A DNA stretch of 64,000 nt from assembly GCA_035403965.1 (NCBI GenBank), contig DAONGE010000002.1, positions 466-64,465 of the forward strand. The letters are read 5' to 3'. This document shows positions 20,367-30,002 of the stretch, piece by piece. The notes under the pieces are model-generated. The model worked only from the letters and a program-made list of their open reading frames with translations, ran no database searches and was not told where the DNA came from. Numbering within the stretch: position 1 is the stretch's first letter; each line of letters opens with the position of its first letter. The DNA is from Candidatus Omnitrophota bacterium. GTDB taxonomy: Bacteria > Omnitrophota > Gorgyraeia > Tantalellales > Tantalellaceae. The position numbers were made by a program, and so were the translations under genes.

Positions 20367-21356
20367 ATGAAAAAGAAAAAAGCATTGATTACTGGAATTA
20401 CCGGGCAGGATGGAAGTTATCTTGCGGAATATCTGCTGGATCTCGGGTATGAAGTGCACGGTATTATCCGGAGAGTGGCGATTGAGGACCAATCGCACAG
20501 ACTCTGGCGCATAAAAGACATAAAAGATAAAATAAAACTCCACTGCGGTTCGCTTGAAAGCTATCCCAGCATATTTAAGATTGTGACAGACGTTCAGCCT
20601 GACGAGTGCTATCATCTTGCCGCTCAAAGTTTTGTAAGCTATGCCTTTGAAGACGAATTCTCGACATTGAACGCCAATATGAACGGTACGCATTACGTCC
20701 TGTCGTCTATAAAAAATGCTGCGCCTCATTGTCGGTTCTATTTCGCGGCCTCAAGCGAGATGTTCGGTAAGGTTGAAGAAACTCCGCAGAGCGAAAAGAC
20801 AAAGTTTCATCCGCGTTCGGTATATGGGATATCAAAAGTTGCGGGGTATGATCTCACAAGAAATTACAGGGAAGCTTATAAAATGTATGCCGCGAGTGGT
20901 ATACTTTTTAACCATGAATCGCCGCGAAGAGGATATGAATTCGTCACGCGTAAAATAACAGCTGCGGCTGTTCAGATAAAATTAGGGGTTATGGACAAAT
21001 TGTATTTAGGTAATCTCGATGCTAAACGCGATTGGGGACACGCAAAGGAATATGTAAAGGCCATGCATTCGATGATGCAGCTGGATAAACCCGAGGATAT
21101 CGTGGTCGGAACAGGGGCAACACACTCCGTTCGTGAATTTGCTGATATAGCGTTTAGGCTGATGGGGCTTAATTACAAGAAGCATGTGATCGTTGATAAA
21201 AACCTTTTTCGTCCTGCGGAAGTCGAGCTTTTGGTTGCGGACTGTCGTAAAGCGAAAAGACTGCTAAAATGGAAATATAAACTTACGTTTGAGAATTTGA
21301 TAGAGGATATGATAAGGAATGACTATGACCATTTCAGCAGTAAATTGAAACAATAA
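20367..21356 (+). CDS. gmd: GDP-mannose 4,6-dehydratase
   Basis: 329 aa; ALITGITGQDGSYLAEYLL N-terminus and FNHESPRRG motif are diagnostic of Gmd. Confidence 0.9.
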   Translation: MKKKKALITGITGQDGSYLAEYLLDLGYEVHGIIRRVAIEDQSHRLWRIKDIKDKIKLHCGSLESYPSIFKIVTDVQPDECYHLAAQSFVSYAFEDEFSTLNANMNGTHYVLSSIKNAAPHCRFYFAASSEMFGKVEETPQSEKTKFHPRSVYGISKVAGYDLTRNYREAYKMYAASGILFNHESPRRGYEFVTRKITAAAVQIKLGVMDKLYLGNLDAKRDWGHAKEYVKAMHSMMQLDKPEDIVVGTGATHSVREFADIAFRLMGLNYKKHVIVDKNLFRPAEVELLVADCRKAKRLLKWKYKLTFENLIEDMIRNDYDHFSSKLKQ

Positions 21357-21368
21357 AACGGAGAAAAA

Positions 21369-22499
21369 ATGCAGATACCATTGTTGGACCTTAAGGCACA
21401 GTACGCTTCTATTAAAACTGAAATCGATAAAGCTGTCGCTAGGGTTGTGGAAAGCCAGTATTTCATACTGTCGGACGAAGTGTCTTCACTGGAGAAAGAG
21501 GTAAGCGTATATACAGGAATAAAATATGCTGCGGGTGTTGCATCGGGAACGGATGCGCTGATATTGGCGTTAAGGGCTGTTGGAATAGGGGAAAAGGACC
21601 TTGTGCTCACGACGCCGTTTACTTTTTTCGCTACGGCGGAAGCCGCGTCGCTTTTGGGTGCGGAACCGGTATTTTCGGATATAGATCCGGAAACGTACAA
21701 TATCGATCCGGTCAAAGCGGAAAAAACGATAGGATCCTTGCCTGCGGAAAAAAGGAAAAGATTGAAAGCGATAATCCCGGTTCATTTATATGGACAGTGT
21801 GCGGATATGGACGGAATAATGGAGTTGGCTAAAAAGTATAAACTAAAAGTGATCGAAGATTGCGCTCAGGCTATAGGGGCGACATACAAAGGCAGACAGG
21901 CAGGGACCTTCGGGGATATTTCGTGTTTCAGCTTTTTCCCGAGCAAGAATTTAGGTGGATTTGGCGATGGAGGAATGGTGTTGTCAAACGATGAAGACCT
22001 GATAAAGAGTGTGAAAAAACTCAGGGTGCACGGCAGTGATAAACAGTATATCCATGACGAAATAGCGTATAATTCCCGTTTGGATAGTCTTCAGGCGGCT
22101 GTACTCAGAGTAAAACTCAAAAAATTGGACGAATGGCTCGATGGCAGGCGTAAGGTCGCGGAAAAATATAACGCCGCGTTGGCCGGGCTTCCGGTGGTTA
22201 CTCCGAAAGTCGCAAAAGAGTGCGTCCATACATATCATCAATATATGTTGGCGACGGACAAGCGTGACGCGCTTATGAAACATCTTAACGATAATGGCGT
22301 AGCGTCCCGTATTTATTACCCCGTACCGCTGCATATACAGCCATGTTATAAAGATCTTGGCTATAAGAACGGCAGTATGCCAGTATCTGAAAAAGCGGCT
22401 TGTGCGGTTTTATCTCTGCCGATATATCCGGAGCTTACCGGCGAGCAGATAAAATATATAACCGATACGATAAAAGCATTCTTTGGGGATGTCAGGTAA
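21369..22499 (+). CDS. DegT/DnrJ/EryC1/StrS-family PLP-dependent sugar aminotransferase (GDP-perosamine synthase-like, given gmd upstream)
   Basis: 376 aa; DegT fold with conserved FSFFPSKNLG lysine region. Confidence 0.8.
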   Translation: MQIPLLDLKAQYASIKTEIDKAVARVVESQYFILSDEVSSLEKEVSVYTGIKYAAGVASGTDALILALRAVGIGEKDLVLTTPFTFFATAEAASLLGAEPVFSDIDPETYNIDPVKAEKTIGSLPAEKRKRLKAIIPVHLYGQCADMDGIMELAKKYKLKVIEDCAQAIGATYKGRQAGTFGDISCFSFFPSKNLGGFGDGGMVLSNDEDLIKSVKKLRVHGSDKQYIHDEIAYNSRLDSLQAAVLRVKLKKLDEWLDGRRKVAEKYNAALAGLPVVTPKVAKECVHTYHQYMLATDKRDALMKHLNDNGVASRIYYPVPLHIQPCYKDLGYKNGSMPVSEKAACAVLSLPIYPELTGEQIKYITDTIKAFFGDVR

Positions 22500-22559
22500 A
22501 ATATGCGCCTGTCTGCAGGGATAGGGCGGCAAGTTAAAATTGTATGAGCTGATAACTTA

Positions 22560-23294
22560 ATGTGTAGTATGAGGATGGAAATGATAAGAAAAGTTTCGAT
22601 AATACTTCCGACGTTTAATGAAAAAGACAATATAGGTGCTCTTATCGATGGGCTGAGCGATAGCGTCAAGGTTGCGGAACTTGAGATAATCGTTGTTGAT
22701 GACGATTCGCCCGATATGACATGGAAGATTGCGCAGGATATGCACCGTGCGAATGTGAAAGTGAAACGACGACAGGGTGAGCGTGGACTGGCGACGGCGA
22801 TCGCTTGTGGACTGGATATCTCTTCGGGCGATGTTGTCGGCTGGCTGGATGCCGACATGTGCCATCCTCCGGCGGTAATGTCCGAAATGCTGGGTTTGAT
22901 CGGCCAGTATGATATTGTGATCGGATCTCGGTATGTCCCGGGAGGGGCGGATAAAAGAGGAAGATTGCGTGTCATGACCAGCAGAATAATAAACTGGTTT
23001 GCCGGATTGATGTTGGGCTTTGAGATCAAAGATTATGACAGCGGTTTTATCGTGATGAAAAAGGATGTTTTCGGAAAAGTGGATTTCCCGGCCGATGGAT
23101 ATGGTGATTATTTTATTGAATTAATGGCTAAAAGTAAAAAGGCCGGATTCAAAATAAAAGAAGTGCCGTTTGTGTTTTTCGACAGGGCCAAAGGCGAATC
23201 TAAAAGTGCCGGCACTATATTTGATTTTTGCCGGCTCGGATTCGGATACGTGTGGCGTATTATAAAAATACGGTTTAAAGTACAATCGATGTAG
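22560..23294 (+). CDS. GT2 family glycosyltransferase, polyprenyl-phosphate sugar synthase type (DPM1/ArnC-like)
   Basis: 244 aa; SIILPTFNE...VVDDDSPD (DxD); soluble single-domain GT2 typical of Und-P/Dol-P sugar synthases. Confidence 0.75.
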   Translation: MCSMRMEMIRKVSIILPTFNEKDNIGALIDGLSDSVKVAELEIIVVDDDSPDMTWKIAQDMHRANVKVKRRQGERGLATAIACGLDISSGDVVGWLDADMCHPPAVMSEMLGLIGQYDIVIGSRYVPGGADKRGRLRVMTSRIINWFAGLMLGFEIKDYDSGFIVMKKDVFGKVDFPADGYGDYFIELMAKSKKAGFKIKEVPFVFFDRAKGESKSAGTIFDFCRLGFGYVWRIIKIRFKVQSM

Positions 23295-23309
23295 AGGCGG
23301 AGGTGGATT

Positions 23310-23714
23310 ATGGAATGTATAAGCTCGCACAAAAAGAATATAATCGCGATAGTGATCCGGAGTAATGAGAAAAGTCGGGGGGTTAAGTTTTTTACGCCTC
23401 TGGATTTTTCCCAGCAGGTAGGACTCCTGGGGCATAAAAAAGGCGCCGTGGTGAATCCGCATGTCCATAAACTGGTAAAACGTAAGGTTGAAAGGACGCA
23501 GGAAGTATTGCATATGAAAAAAGGGAGAGCCGCCGTATATTTGTATGATGAAACAAAGAAGCATATAGCGACGCGTGTTTTGAAGGCAGGGGATACCATT
23601 ATCCTGGCGAGCGCAGGGCACGGTGTGAAAATTCTGGAAGACAGTTTGATCCTTGAGATAAAACAAGGGCCGTATGCCGGTTTTGAGGATAAGGAATATA
23701 TCGCAAAATTTTAA
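23310..23714 (+). CDS. WxcM-like/FdtA-like cupin (putative NDP-4-keto-6-deoxyhexose 3,4-ketoisomerase)
   Basis: 134 aa; small cupin with NPHVHK His-cluster resembling the RGxHAHK motif; directly precedes a DegT aminotransferase, the usual FdtA-FdtB arrangement. Confidence 0.45.
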   Translation: MECISSHKKNIIAIVIRSNEKSRGVKFFTPLDFSQQVGLLGHKKGAVVNPHVHKLVKRKVERTQEVLHMKKGRAAVYLYDETKKHIATRVLKAGDTIILASAGHGVKILEDSLILEIKQGPYAGFEDKEYIAKF

Positions 23715-23722
23715 GGAGAAAG

Positions 23723-24847
23723 ATGATTCCAGTTAACGCTCCGTTTTTGGGAAAACAAGAACTTTGTAATGTGGCGGATTGTGTGAAATCCGGTTGGATA
23801 TCGTCCAAGGGAAAATATATAAAACAATTTGAAGAGGAATTCGCACGTTTTTGCGGAACTAAATATGCGATCTCGACCACCAGCGGGACGACGGCTCTGC
23901 ATCTTGCTGTAAGTGCATTGGGAATAGGCAAGGGCGACGAGGTTATTATGCCGACATTTACGATGATCGCCACCGCCTATGCCGTTCTTTATACTGGCGC
24001 TAAGCCGGTATTCATAGATTCCGAGCCAAGAACATGGAATATAGATGTTACAAAGATCGAACGTGCGATCACGAGGAAAACACGCGCCATATTGCCTGTG
24101 CATATTTACGGACATCCTGCCGATATGGACGCGATCCGCAAGCTTGCCAGAAAGTATGATCTTTTTGTCATTGAAGATGCCGCGCAGGCTCACGGTGCCG
24201 AATATAATAGTGAAAAATGCGGCGCAATGAGCGATATCGGGTGCTTCAGTTTTTACGCGAATAAGATCATAACTACGGGTGAAGGTGGTATGGTTATTAC
24301 CGACGATAAAAAACTTGCCGAACGATGCCGGCTTTTGAAAGACCTGGCGCATTCTCCGAAAAAAAGGTTTTTACATACAGATCTTGCGTACAATTATAGA
24401 ATGACCAACATGCAGGCTGCCGTCGGGTTGGCCCAGCTCGAACGCATAAAAGAATTCATAAAAATAAAACGGGATATGGCTGAACTTTATAGCGAGAAGT
24501 TATCGGGTATACCCGGTATTACCCTGCCAGTGGAAGAAAAGTGGGCAAAAAGTGTTTATTGGATGTATTCGATAATGATCGAAAAAGAATTTGGAATGAC
24601 AAGAGATGAGCTGATGTCCGAGCTTTTAAAGAATGGGGTAGAGACCAGGGCGTTTTTTGTGTCGATGCATGCACAGCCGGTCATGAAAGGTATGAAGATT
24701 TCCGGGCTGGCACAAAAATATCCTGTCGCAGAAGAGATATCCGAAAAAGGTTTATATCTCCCGTCCGGTCTAAGCCTTAAGAAAAAAGAAATTATCGCCG
24801 TATGCGATACGATGAAAAAACTTTCCTCTGGAGGGTTTAAAAAATAA
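23723..24847 (+). CDS. DegT/DnrJ/EryC1-family sugar aminotransferase
   Basis: 374 aa; DegT fold; FSFYANKIITTGEGG lysine region. Confidence 0.8.
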   Translation: MIPVNAPFLGKQELCNVADCVKSGWISSKGKYIKQFEEEFARFCGTKYAISTTSGTTALHLAVSALGIGKGDEVIMPTFTMIATAYAVLYTGAKPVFIDSEPRTWNIDVTKIERAITRKTRAILPVHIYGHPADMDAIRKLARKYDLFVIEDAAQAHGAEYNSEKCGAMSDIGCFSFYANKIITTGEGGMVITDDKKLAERCRLLKDLAHSPKKRFLHTDLAYNYRMTNMQAAVGLAQLERIKEFIKIKRDMAELYSEKLSGIPGITLPVEEKWAKSVYWMYSIMIEKEFGMTRDELMSELLKNGVETRAFFVSMHAQPVMKGMKISGLAQKYPVAEEISEKGLYLPSGLSLKKKEIIAVCDTMKKLSSGGFKK

Positions 24848-24850
24848 TCG

Positions 24851-26251
24851 ATGAACTATAGAAAAAAGTTATATATATATTACGGTTTGTTTTTGTGCTC
24901 GTTTCTGGTGTTATTTTTTATCCCTAAATTGGCGGTGTTTTTTAACGATACGTTTTTGCCGCCGATGACCAGGATGGTCAGATTTCCGTTGGTAGGGCTG
25001 TTCTTTGTGATGAGCTGTTTATACGTTCTTTTTTTACGCGCGTATAAGATAGAAAATATAAGCTTTTGGGGCTCAGACTCAGGTTCCGTTTTTTTTCGTA
25101 CCAGCGGAATAGTGTTTCTGTTGATTTTATGTTCTGCCGCCGCAGTTTTATCCTCGGATCTTTATGAATATCCTATGCGTGCCCGCATGCTTTCGATATA
25201 CGGACTAAACCCGTATCTGCATGTCCCAAGTGAGGTTCAGCAGGATCCGTTTTATCAGCTGATATTTTGGAAGGATATCCCGGAGTGTTATGGTCCGGGG
25301 TGGGTATTGTTAGGGGCGCTTAGTTCGCTTTCGTTCAAAAACAATGTGTTTTTAACGGTTTTTGCGCACAAGTTGTTGTTGATGCTGTTTTTTATAATGA
25401 GCGGATATTTTTTTAAAAAGATAGCCGATGAACTTAGACTGGAAAAAGCGGATATGTTGTCGGTGGCGTTCGTTGCGAATCCAATTTTATTGACGATGAC
25501 GATGATAGACGGACATAACGAAATAGTCATGATAGCATTTTTAATGGCATCGGCTTATTTTCTGCTCAAAGAAAGATATGCATTGTCGCTTGTGATCATG
25601 GCCGCTGCGATAAATGTTAAATTTGTTTACGTTTTACTTATTCCGTTCTGGCTTCTGTATATTCTATTTAAAAAGGGCGGGAGCAGTTTGATAGGGCGAA
25701 TTGTAAAGATCGCGATCGGCGGCATATCGTCATTGCTTCTCACAGTATTACTGTGGAGCCCATTCGGGGTAGAAAGTGTTTCGGCTGTACTGAAATATTA
25801 TAAGGAACTTAGCAGTAACCTGTGGCCTGATTCCATCCCATATGCGGTGTGTGCATTAATCGGGTTTTTGGGATGTGCAGTTTCTTTAAAAACGGTCGCA
25901 TATATATTTTCGGTAATTTTTGCAGTCGTGTATTTCGGATCCGTTTTTTGTTTTGTAAAAAAGATAAATGATGACAGACAAATACTGTTCGGCATAGGCG
26001 GCATGGTTCTTTTGACTTTACTTTTTACGAATGCTACGCCATTCCAGACGTGGTATGTGCTATGGGCGGTTCCGTTGGTGTTGTTGAGCAGGATAAAGAC
26101 AAAATTTATTCTGGTTACTTTGTTGACGACGTTCTTAATGCTTACATTCTGGAAAAGAATGTCGGTATTGGCGGTGCCGATGTGGAGCATGTATTTTATA
26201 GCGTTAAAGTTCAAAGAAAGCAAAATAGTACGGTTAATTAACCTGGATTAA
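24851..26251 (+). CDS. Polytopic membrane protein, putative GT-C-fold glycosyltransferase
   Basis: 466 aa; about 12 TM helices; no soluble domain; sits between the DegT gene and a GT2 Und-P-sugar synthase. Confidence 0.35.
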   Translation: MNYRKKLYIYYGLFLCSFLVLFFIPKLAVFFNDTFLPPMTRMVRFPLVGLFFVMSCLYVLFLRAYKIENISFWGSDSGSVFFRTSGIVFLLILCSAAAVLSSDLYEYPMRARMLSIYGLNPYLHVPSEVQQDPFYQLIFWKDIPECYGPGWVLLGALSSLSFKNNVFLTVFAHKLLLMLFFIMSGYFFKKIADELRLEKADMLSVAFVANPILLTMTMIDGHNEIVMIAFLMASAYFLLKERYALSLVIMAAAINVKFVYVLLIPFWLLYILFKKGGSSLIGRIVKIAIGGISSLLLTVLLWSPFGVESVSAVLKYYKELSSNLWPDSIPYAVCALIGFLGCAVSLKTVAYIFSVIFAVVYFGSVFCFVKKINDDRQILFGIGGMVLLTLLFTNATPFQTWYVLWAVPLVLLSRIKTKFILVTLLTTFLMLTFWKRMSVLAVPMWSMYFIALKFKESKIVRLINLD

Positions 26252-26267
26252 AAATAGGGGTTTAATA

Positions 26268-26993
26268 ATGTATCTTTCAATTGTGATCCCAGCATATAAC
26301 GAGGAAAAGAGAATAGGTATGACTTTGGATCGGATCCGTGAGTATGTGGACGGAAAAACATACGGATATGAGATTATTGTGGTGGATGACGGCAGTGTGG
26401 ACGGAACGGTCGATGTCGTCTGCAAAAGCAAATTATTTAAAACAGGGAAAATTAAAATAGTCAGGAATATTCAGAACTTAGGGAAGGGGTTTTCTGTCAG
26501 GGCCGGTGTACGTGAAAGTGTGGGAGAGTATGTTCTGTTTACCGATGCTGACCTGTCTACACCTATAAGCGAAATCGATAAGCTGTTCAGTGCCATGAAC
26601 AACGGGACAGATATTATTATCGGATCCAGGAACACGGCAGGATCTATGGTGAATTTGCGCCAGCCATGGTACAGAGAGATCATGGGCAAAACGTTTAATG
26701 TGTTTGTAAAGAAGATCATGCTGCTGGCTTTTAACGATACACAATGCGGATTTAAATTGTTCAGAGGAAATACCGTGCGAAAGATCGCCGAAATGGCTGT
26801 GATAAACGGGTTTTGTTTTGACGTGGAATTCTTGTATATCGCCAGTATCCTCGGGTATGAGATCAGAGAAATTGGAGTGGCCTGGGAAAATTCCGCGGAA
26901 AGCCGTGTCAAAATATTGTCAAGCCCGGTTAGTATGTTCGCGGATCTTATCAGATTAAGGATGAGGAAGGAGAAGCTGAAATATGTTAAGTGA
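26268..26993 (+). CDS. GT2 family glycosyltransferase, dolichyl/undecaprenyl-phosphate beta-glucosyltransferase-like
   Basis: 241 aa; LSIVIPAYNEE...VVDDGSVDGT; DAD motif. Confidence 0.75.
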   Translation: MYLSIVIPAYNEEKRIGMTLDRIREYVDGKTYGYEIIVVDDGSVDGTVDVVCKSKLFKTGKIKIVRNIQNLGKGFSVRAGVRESVGEYVLFTDADLSTPISEIDKLFSAMNNGTDIIIGSRNTAGSMVNLRQPWYREIMGKTFNVFVKKIMLLAFNDTQCGFKLFRGNTVRKIAEMAVINGFCFDVEFLYIASILGYEIREIGVAWENSAESRVKILSSPVSMFADLIRLRMRKEKLKYVK

Positions 26994-28290
26994 GATCCTT
27001 CCCGCGGTATTTATGGCGCTTTTTTATGCCTGCGCATGTTTTATATTTTTTAAGCGAAAAGAGTATATCGTCTACTTTATGTGTTTGACCGTCCCGTTAT
27101 ATGATTATTTTCCGGGTATTTTCTATAAGATAAACATGTTTGGGATAGCATTCACTTTAAAACCATATCTATTTTGCGAATTGGTGCTTCTTGGGGTATA
27201 TGTTCTTGATATGATAAAACATAAGCGAATGATCGAAGAAATCAGGAATATAAATGTCGTTTTTTTCCCGTTGGCTCTATTTGGGGTATTAGCATTATTT
27301 TTTACGGCAAAGGAACGAGAAAATTATTTTTGCGGGGTTAATCTGTGCCTGATGATCCTGACGGTAGCGGCATTGCCGTATTTTGTCAAAAAAGTATCCA
27401 TAAATGTCAACAAGGCACTGCGGTTCCTGATTTTAGGTTTTTTTATCAGCGCTGTGCCTATGATGAGTGCTATTTTTCTGTCAAAGATCGGCCTGTGCGC
27501 GGTGCGGTACGATTCTTTCAAGATATATGGCATGACGTTTTCAATTATAGCGATAATTATCATATTTAAATACATCACTGAAAACGATGTGCGAAGGTTT
27601 TTAAAAAAAACCGGTGTATTGTTCCTTGTCTTTGTTTTGATATTTTTAACCAGAGCGAGGGCCAGTTGGTTTAGTTTGTTTTTTTGTTTGCCGCTATTCG
27701 CTTTTTTTTCTCTAAAATATTGTTTTGCGCGAAAGGACAGGATAGTGTTGGCAAAAACCGCTATGGTTTGTCTTGTTTTAATTGCGGCTTTTTTTTGCGC
27801 CGTAAATATAGAAAAAAACATATATGGGGAATTTGTATCGTTGGATCAGATGTTTGATGCAAATAAACATATAACAAACAATGCAGACCCGATGATGTGG
27901 GGGATAAAAAATAAGGTTTTAAGGATGATATGGGCCTATTTGGCGCATGAAAGAACAATGGCCTGGCAGAAGGTTTTTAGCATTATGTATCAGAACCCTT
28001 TTCTGGGACATGGTCTAATTTATCTGCCGACGCACAATATTTTTATGGAGGCTTTTTTAGCTGGTGGCATCATTGGGATGATATTGTTTGTTTCCGGAAT
28101 GGTAAGTTTCTGTATTGAGCGTATTCATCAGATGTTTGTCTCCAGAAAGAATTTAGGGATGTATTATCTGAATGGGGCGTTTATGATATGCATTATGGTC
28201 TGGGCCATAAATGGGTTGTTTCAGACTAACTTGAATGAATATTTACCGTGGTTTATAATTGCACTGAGTTCATCGGATTTGAACTTATGA
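26983..28290 (+). CDS. Polytopic membrane protein, O-antigen ligase/polymerase (Wzy_C)-like
   Basis: 435 aa; about 10-12 TM helices with one larger periplasmic loop near the C-terminal third; start overlaps the GT2 gene end. Confidence 0.35.
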   Translation: MLSEILPAVFMALFYACACFIFFKRKEYIVYFMCLTVPLYDYFPGIFYKINMFGIAFTLKPYLFCELVLLGVYVLDMIKHKRMIEEIRNINVVFFPLALFGVLALFFTAKERENYFCGVNLCLMILTVAALPYFVKKVSINVNKALRFLILGFFISAVPMMSAIFLSKIGLCAVRYDSFKIYGMTFSIIAIIIIFKYITENDVRRFLKKTGVLFLVFVLIFLTRARASWFSLFFCLPLFAFFSLKYCFARKDRIVLAKTAMVCLVLIAAFFCAVNIEKNIYGEFVSLDQMFDANKHITNNADPMMWGIKNKVLRMIWAYLAHERTMAWQKVFSIMYQNPFLGHGLIYLPTHNIFMEAFLAGGIIGMILFVSGMVSFCIERIHQMFVSRKNLGMYYLNGAFMICIMVWAINGLFQTNLNEYLPWFIIALSSSDLNL

Positions 28291-30002
28291 GATCACTCAA
28301 GCCTTTATTTCTGATAATCGCCTTCATGGCGGTTGCTCTCCGATTATGGGGGATAGGTTTTGCTCTCCCGGATATTTTGCATCAGGATGAACCGATAATT
28401 GTGAATCATGCGTTGGCTTACGGTAGCGGTGATTTAAATCCCCATTTTTTTATTATTCCGCCGACCTGCTCATATCTTTTGTTCGTTGTATATGGTTTAT
28501 GTTTTTGTGTCGGCATTGTATTCGGATTTTTTTCAAATGCTGCGGATTTTGCCAGAGTTTTTTTTGCCGATCCTACGGTGTTTTATTTAATGGCTCGTCT
28601 TGTGCTGGGTTTTCTGCCTAGTCTCGGTAGCGTGTTCTTGACGTATCGGATATATATGAGATTTTTCAGCGATAGACGCGGCGCGATGTATGCTTCTTTA
28701 TTGTCAGCGGTAGCGTTTCTGAATGTCGTTAATGCGCATTATGCATACGTTGACAATATGCTGGTTTTTATGGTGCTTTGTGCGTGCATGATGTTTAACC
28801 GTGTGCTGGAAAGACATGACTTAAAAGGATATCTTTTGTCTGCGGCGTTCATAGGGCTGGCTGTCAACGTGAAATATAACGCTGTGATACTTCTGGTGGG
28901 ATTGTTTACGGCACATATCCTATCAAGGCGTAACATCACCGACCCGTTCACTAAAAGTACGGTTAACCGTTATTTTTTAGGGTCATTCATAATGCTTCCC
29001 GTGGTTATTGCTATAACGAATCCGTTCATGATATTCGATGGCGGACTTTTTATAGAACAACTTATGAAAATACGAAGTGAATCTCCGGGCTGGTCTCATC
29101 ATTTGTTGTACTCTCTTGCGGAAGGTATAAGCTGGCCGATTTTAGCCGCGGCTTTCGCCGGAATAGTTGTTGCATATATGAAAACAGACAGAAGGCGATT
29201 TTTTCTTTTGATTGGTTTCCCAGTATGTTTTTATATCCATCTGTCGCTGAAAAGCCAGTTGTTTTCGAGATATGCATTACCTCTCATACCGTTTTTGGCG
29301 GTGTATAGTGCGTATTTTATAAGTAATTTATACGCCAGTGTGGTGAAGAAGGGAGGTGTATGGCTGAAATTCACGGCTACGGTATGTGTGTTGCTTGTTT
29401 TAGCGCCTACATTTGTTAAATCCGTAAAGGCTGACCTATTGTTTTCTAAACCGGATACACGTAGTATCGCGAGGAAATGGATGGAAGAAAACTTACCGGC
29501 TAAGACCGCGGTCGTTGTCGATCATACGTCTTTTCGCCCCGCTATATTTCAGACTAAAGAACAGATCGAAAGCAAGAAGGCTATTGCCGGTACTGAAAAC
29601 GGATTGGAAGGGATAAAAAACCGTAAAATACAGATGATGTCGGATGCTATCGGAAATAAGAAGACATTTACGGTATATTTTCTGAATCAAAAAGGAAACG
29701 AAGAAATGAGATTTTTGGCGCAGTCGCCGACGATAAATCCTTCTTTGGATGAGTTCAAGGAGCATGGGGTAAGATATGTTACCATTAATTATAATAATCG
29801 CGACTGGGGAAACGATGAGTTTTTGCCGGAATTAAAGAAACAAGCGGTTCTGATAAAGGAATTTAGTCCTTATAACGATGGCGGGATGAGAATGCCCAAG
29901 GATAGAATAGACTACACGTATATGCCGATTTCCGGTTCCGAATTGTTTTCTAGGTGTGCTACCGGGCCGTGTATGGCGATTTATATGCTAAAAGATGAAT
30001 AA
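28287..30002 (+). CDS. GT39/ArnT/PMT-family polyprenyl-phosphate-sugar-dependent glycosyltransferase (GT-C)
   Basis: 572 aa from the ATG at 28287 (ATGA overlap with the upstream stop); N-terminal TM then DE motif (HQDEP) in the first periplasmic loop; multi-TM core plus C-terminal soluble domain. Confidence 0.6.
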   Translation: MRSLKPLFLIIAFMAVALRLWGIGFALPDILHQDEPIIVNHALAYGSGDLNPHFFIIPPTCSYLLFVVYGLCFCVGIVFGFFSNAADFARVFFADPTVFYLMARLVLGFLPSLGSVFLTYRIYMRFFSDRRGAMYASLLSAVAFLNVVNAHYAYVDNMLVFMVLCACMMFNRVLERHDLKGYLLSAAFIGLAVNVKYNAVILLVGLFTAHILSRRNITDPFTKSTVNRYFLGSFIMLPVVIAITNPFMIFDGGLFIEQLMKIRSESPGWSHHLLYSLAEGISWPILAAAFAGIVVAYMKTDRRRFFLLIGFPVCFYIHLSLKSQLFSRYALPLIPFLAVYSAYFISNLYASVVKKGGVWLKFTATVCVLLVLAPTFVKSVKADLLFSKPDTRSIARKWMEENLPAKTAVVVDHTSFRPAIFQTKEQIESKKAIAGTENGLEGIKNRKIQMMSDAIGNKKTFTVYFLNQKGNEEMRFLAQSPTINPSLDEFKEHGVRYVTINYNNRDWGNDEFLPELKKQAVLIKEFSPYNDGGMRMPKDRIDYTYMPISGSELFSRCATGPCMAIYMLKDE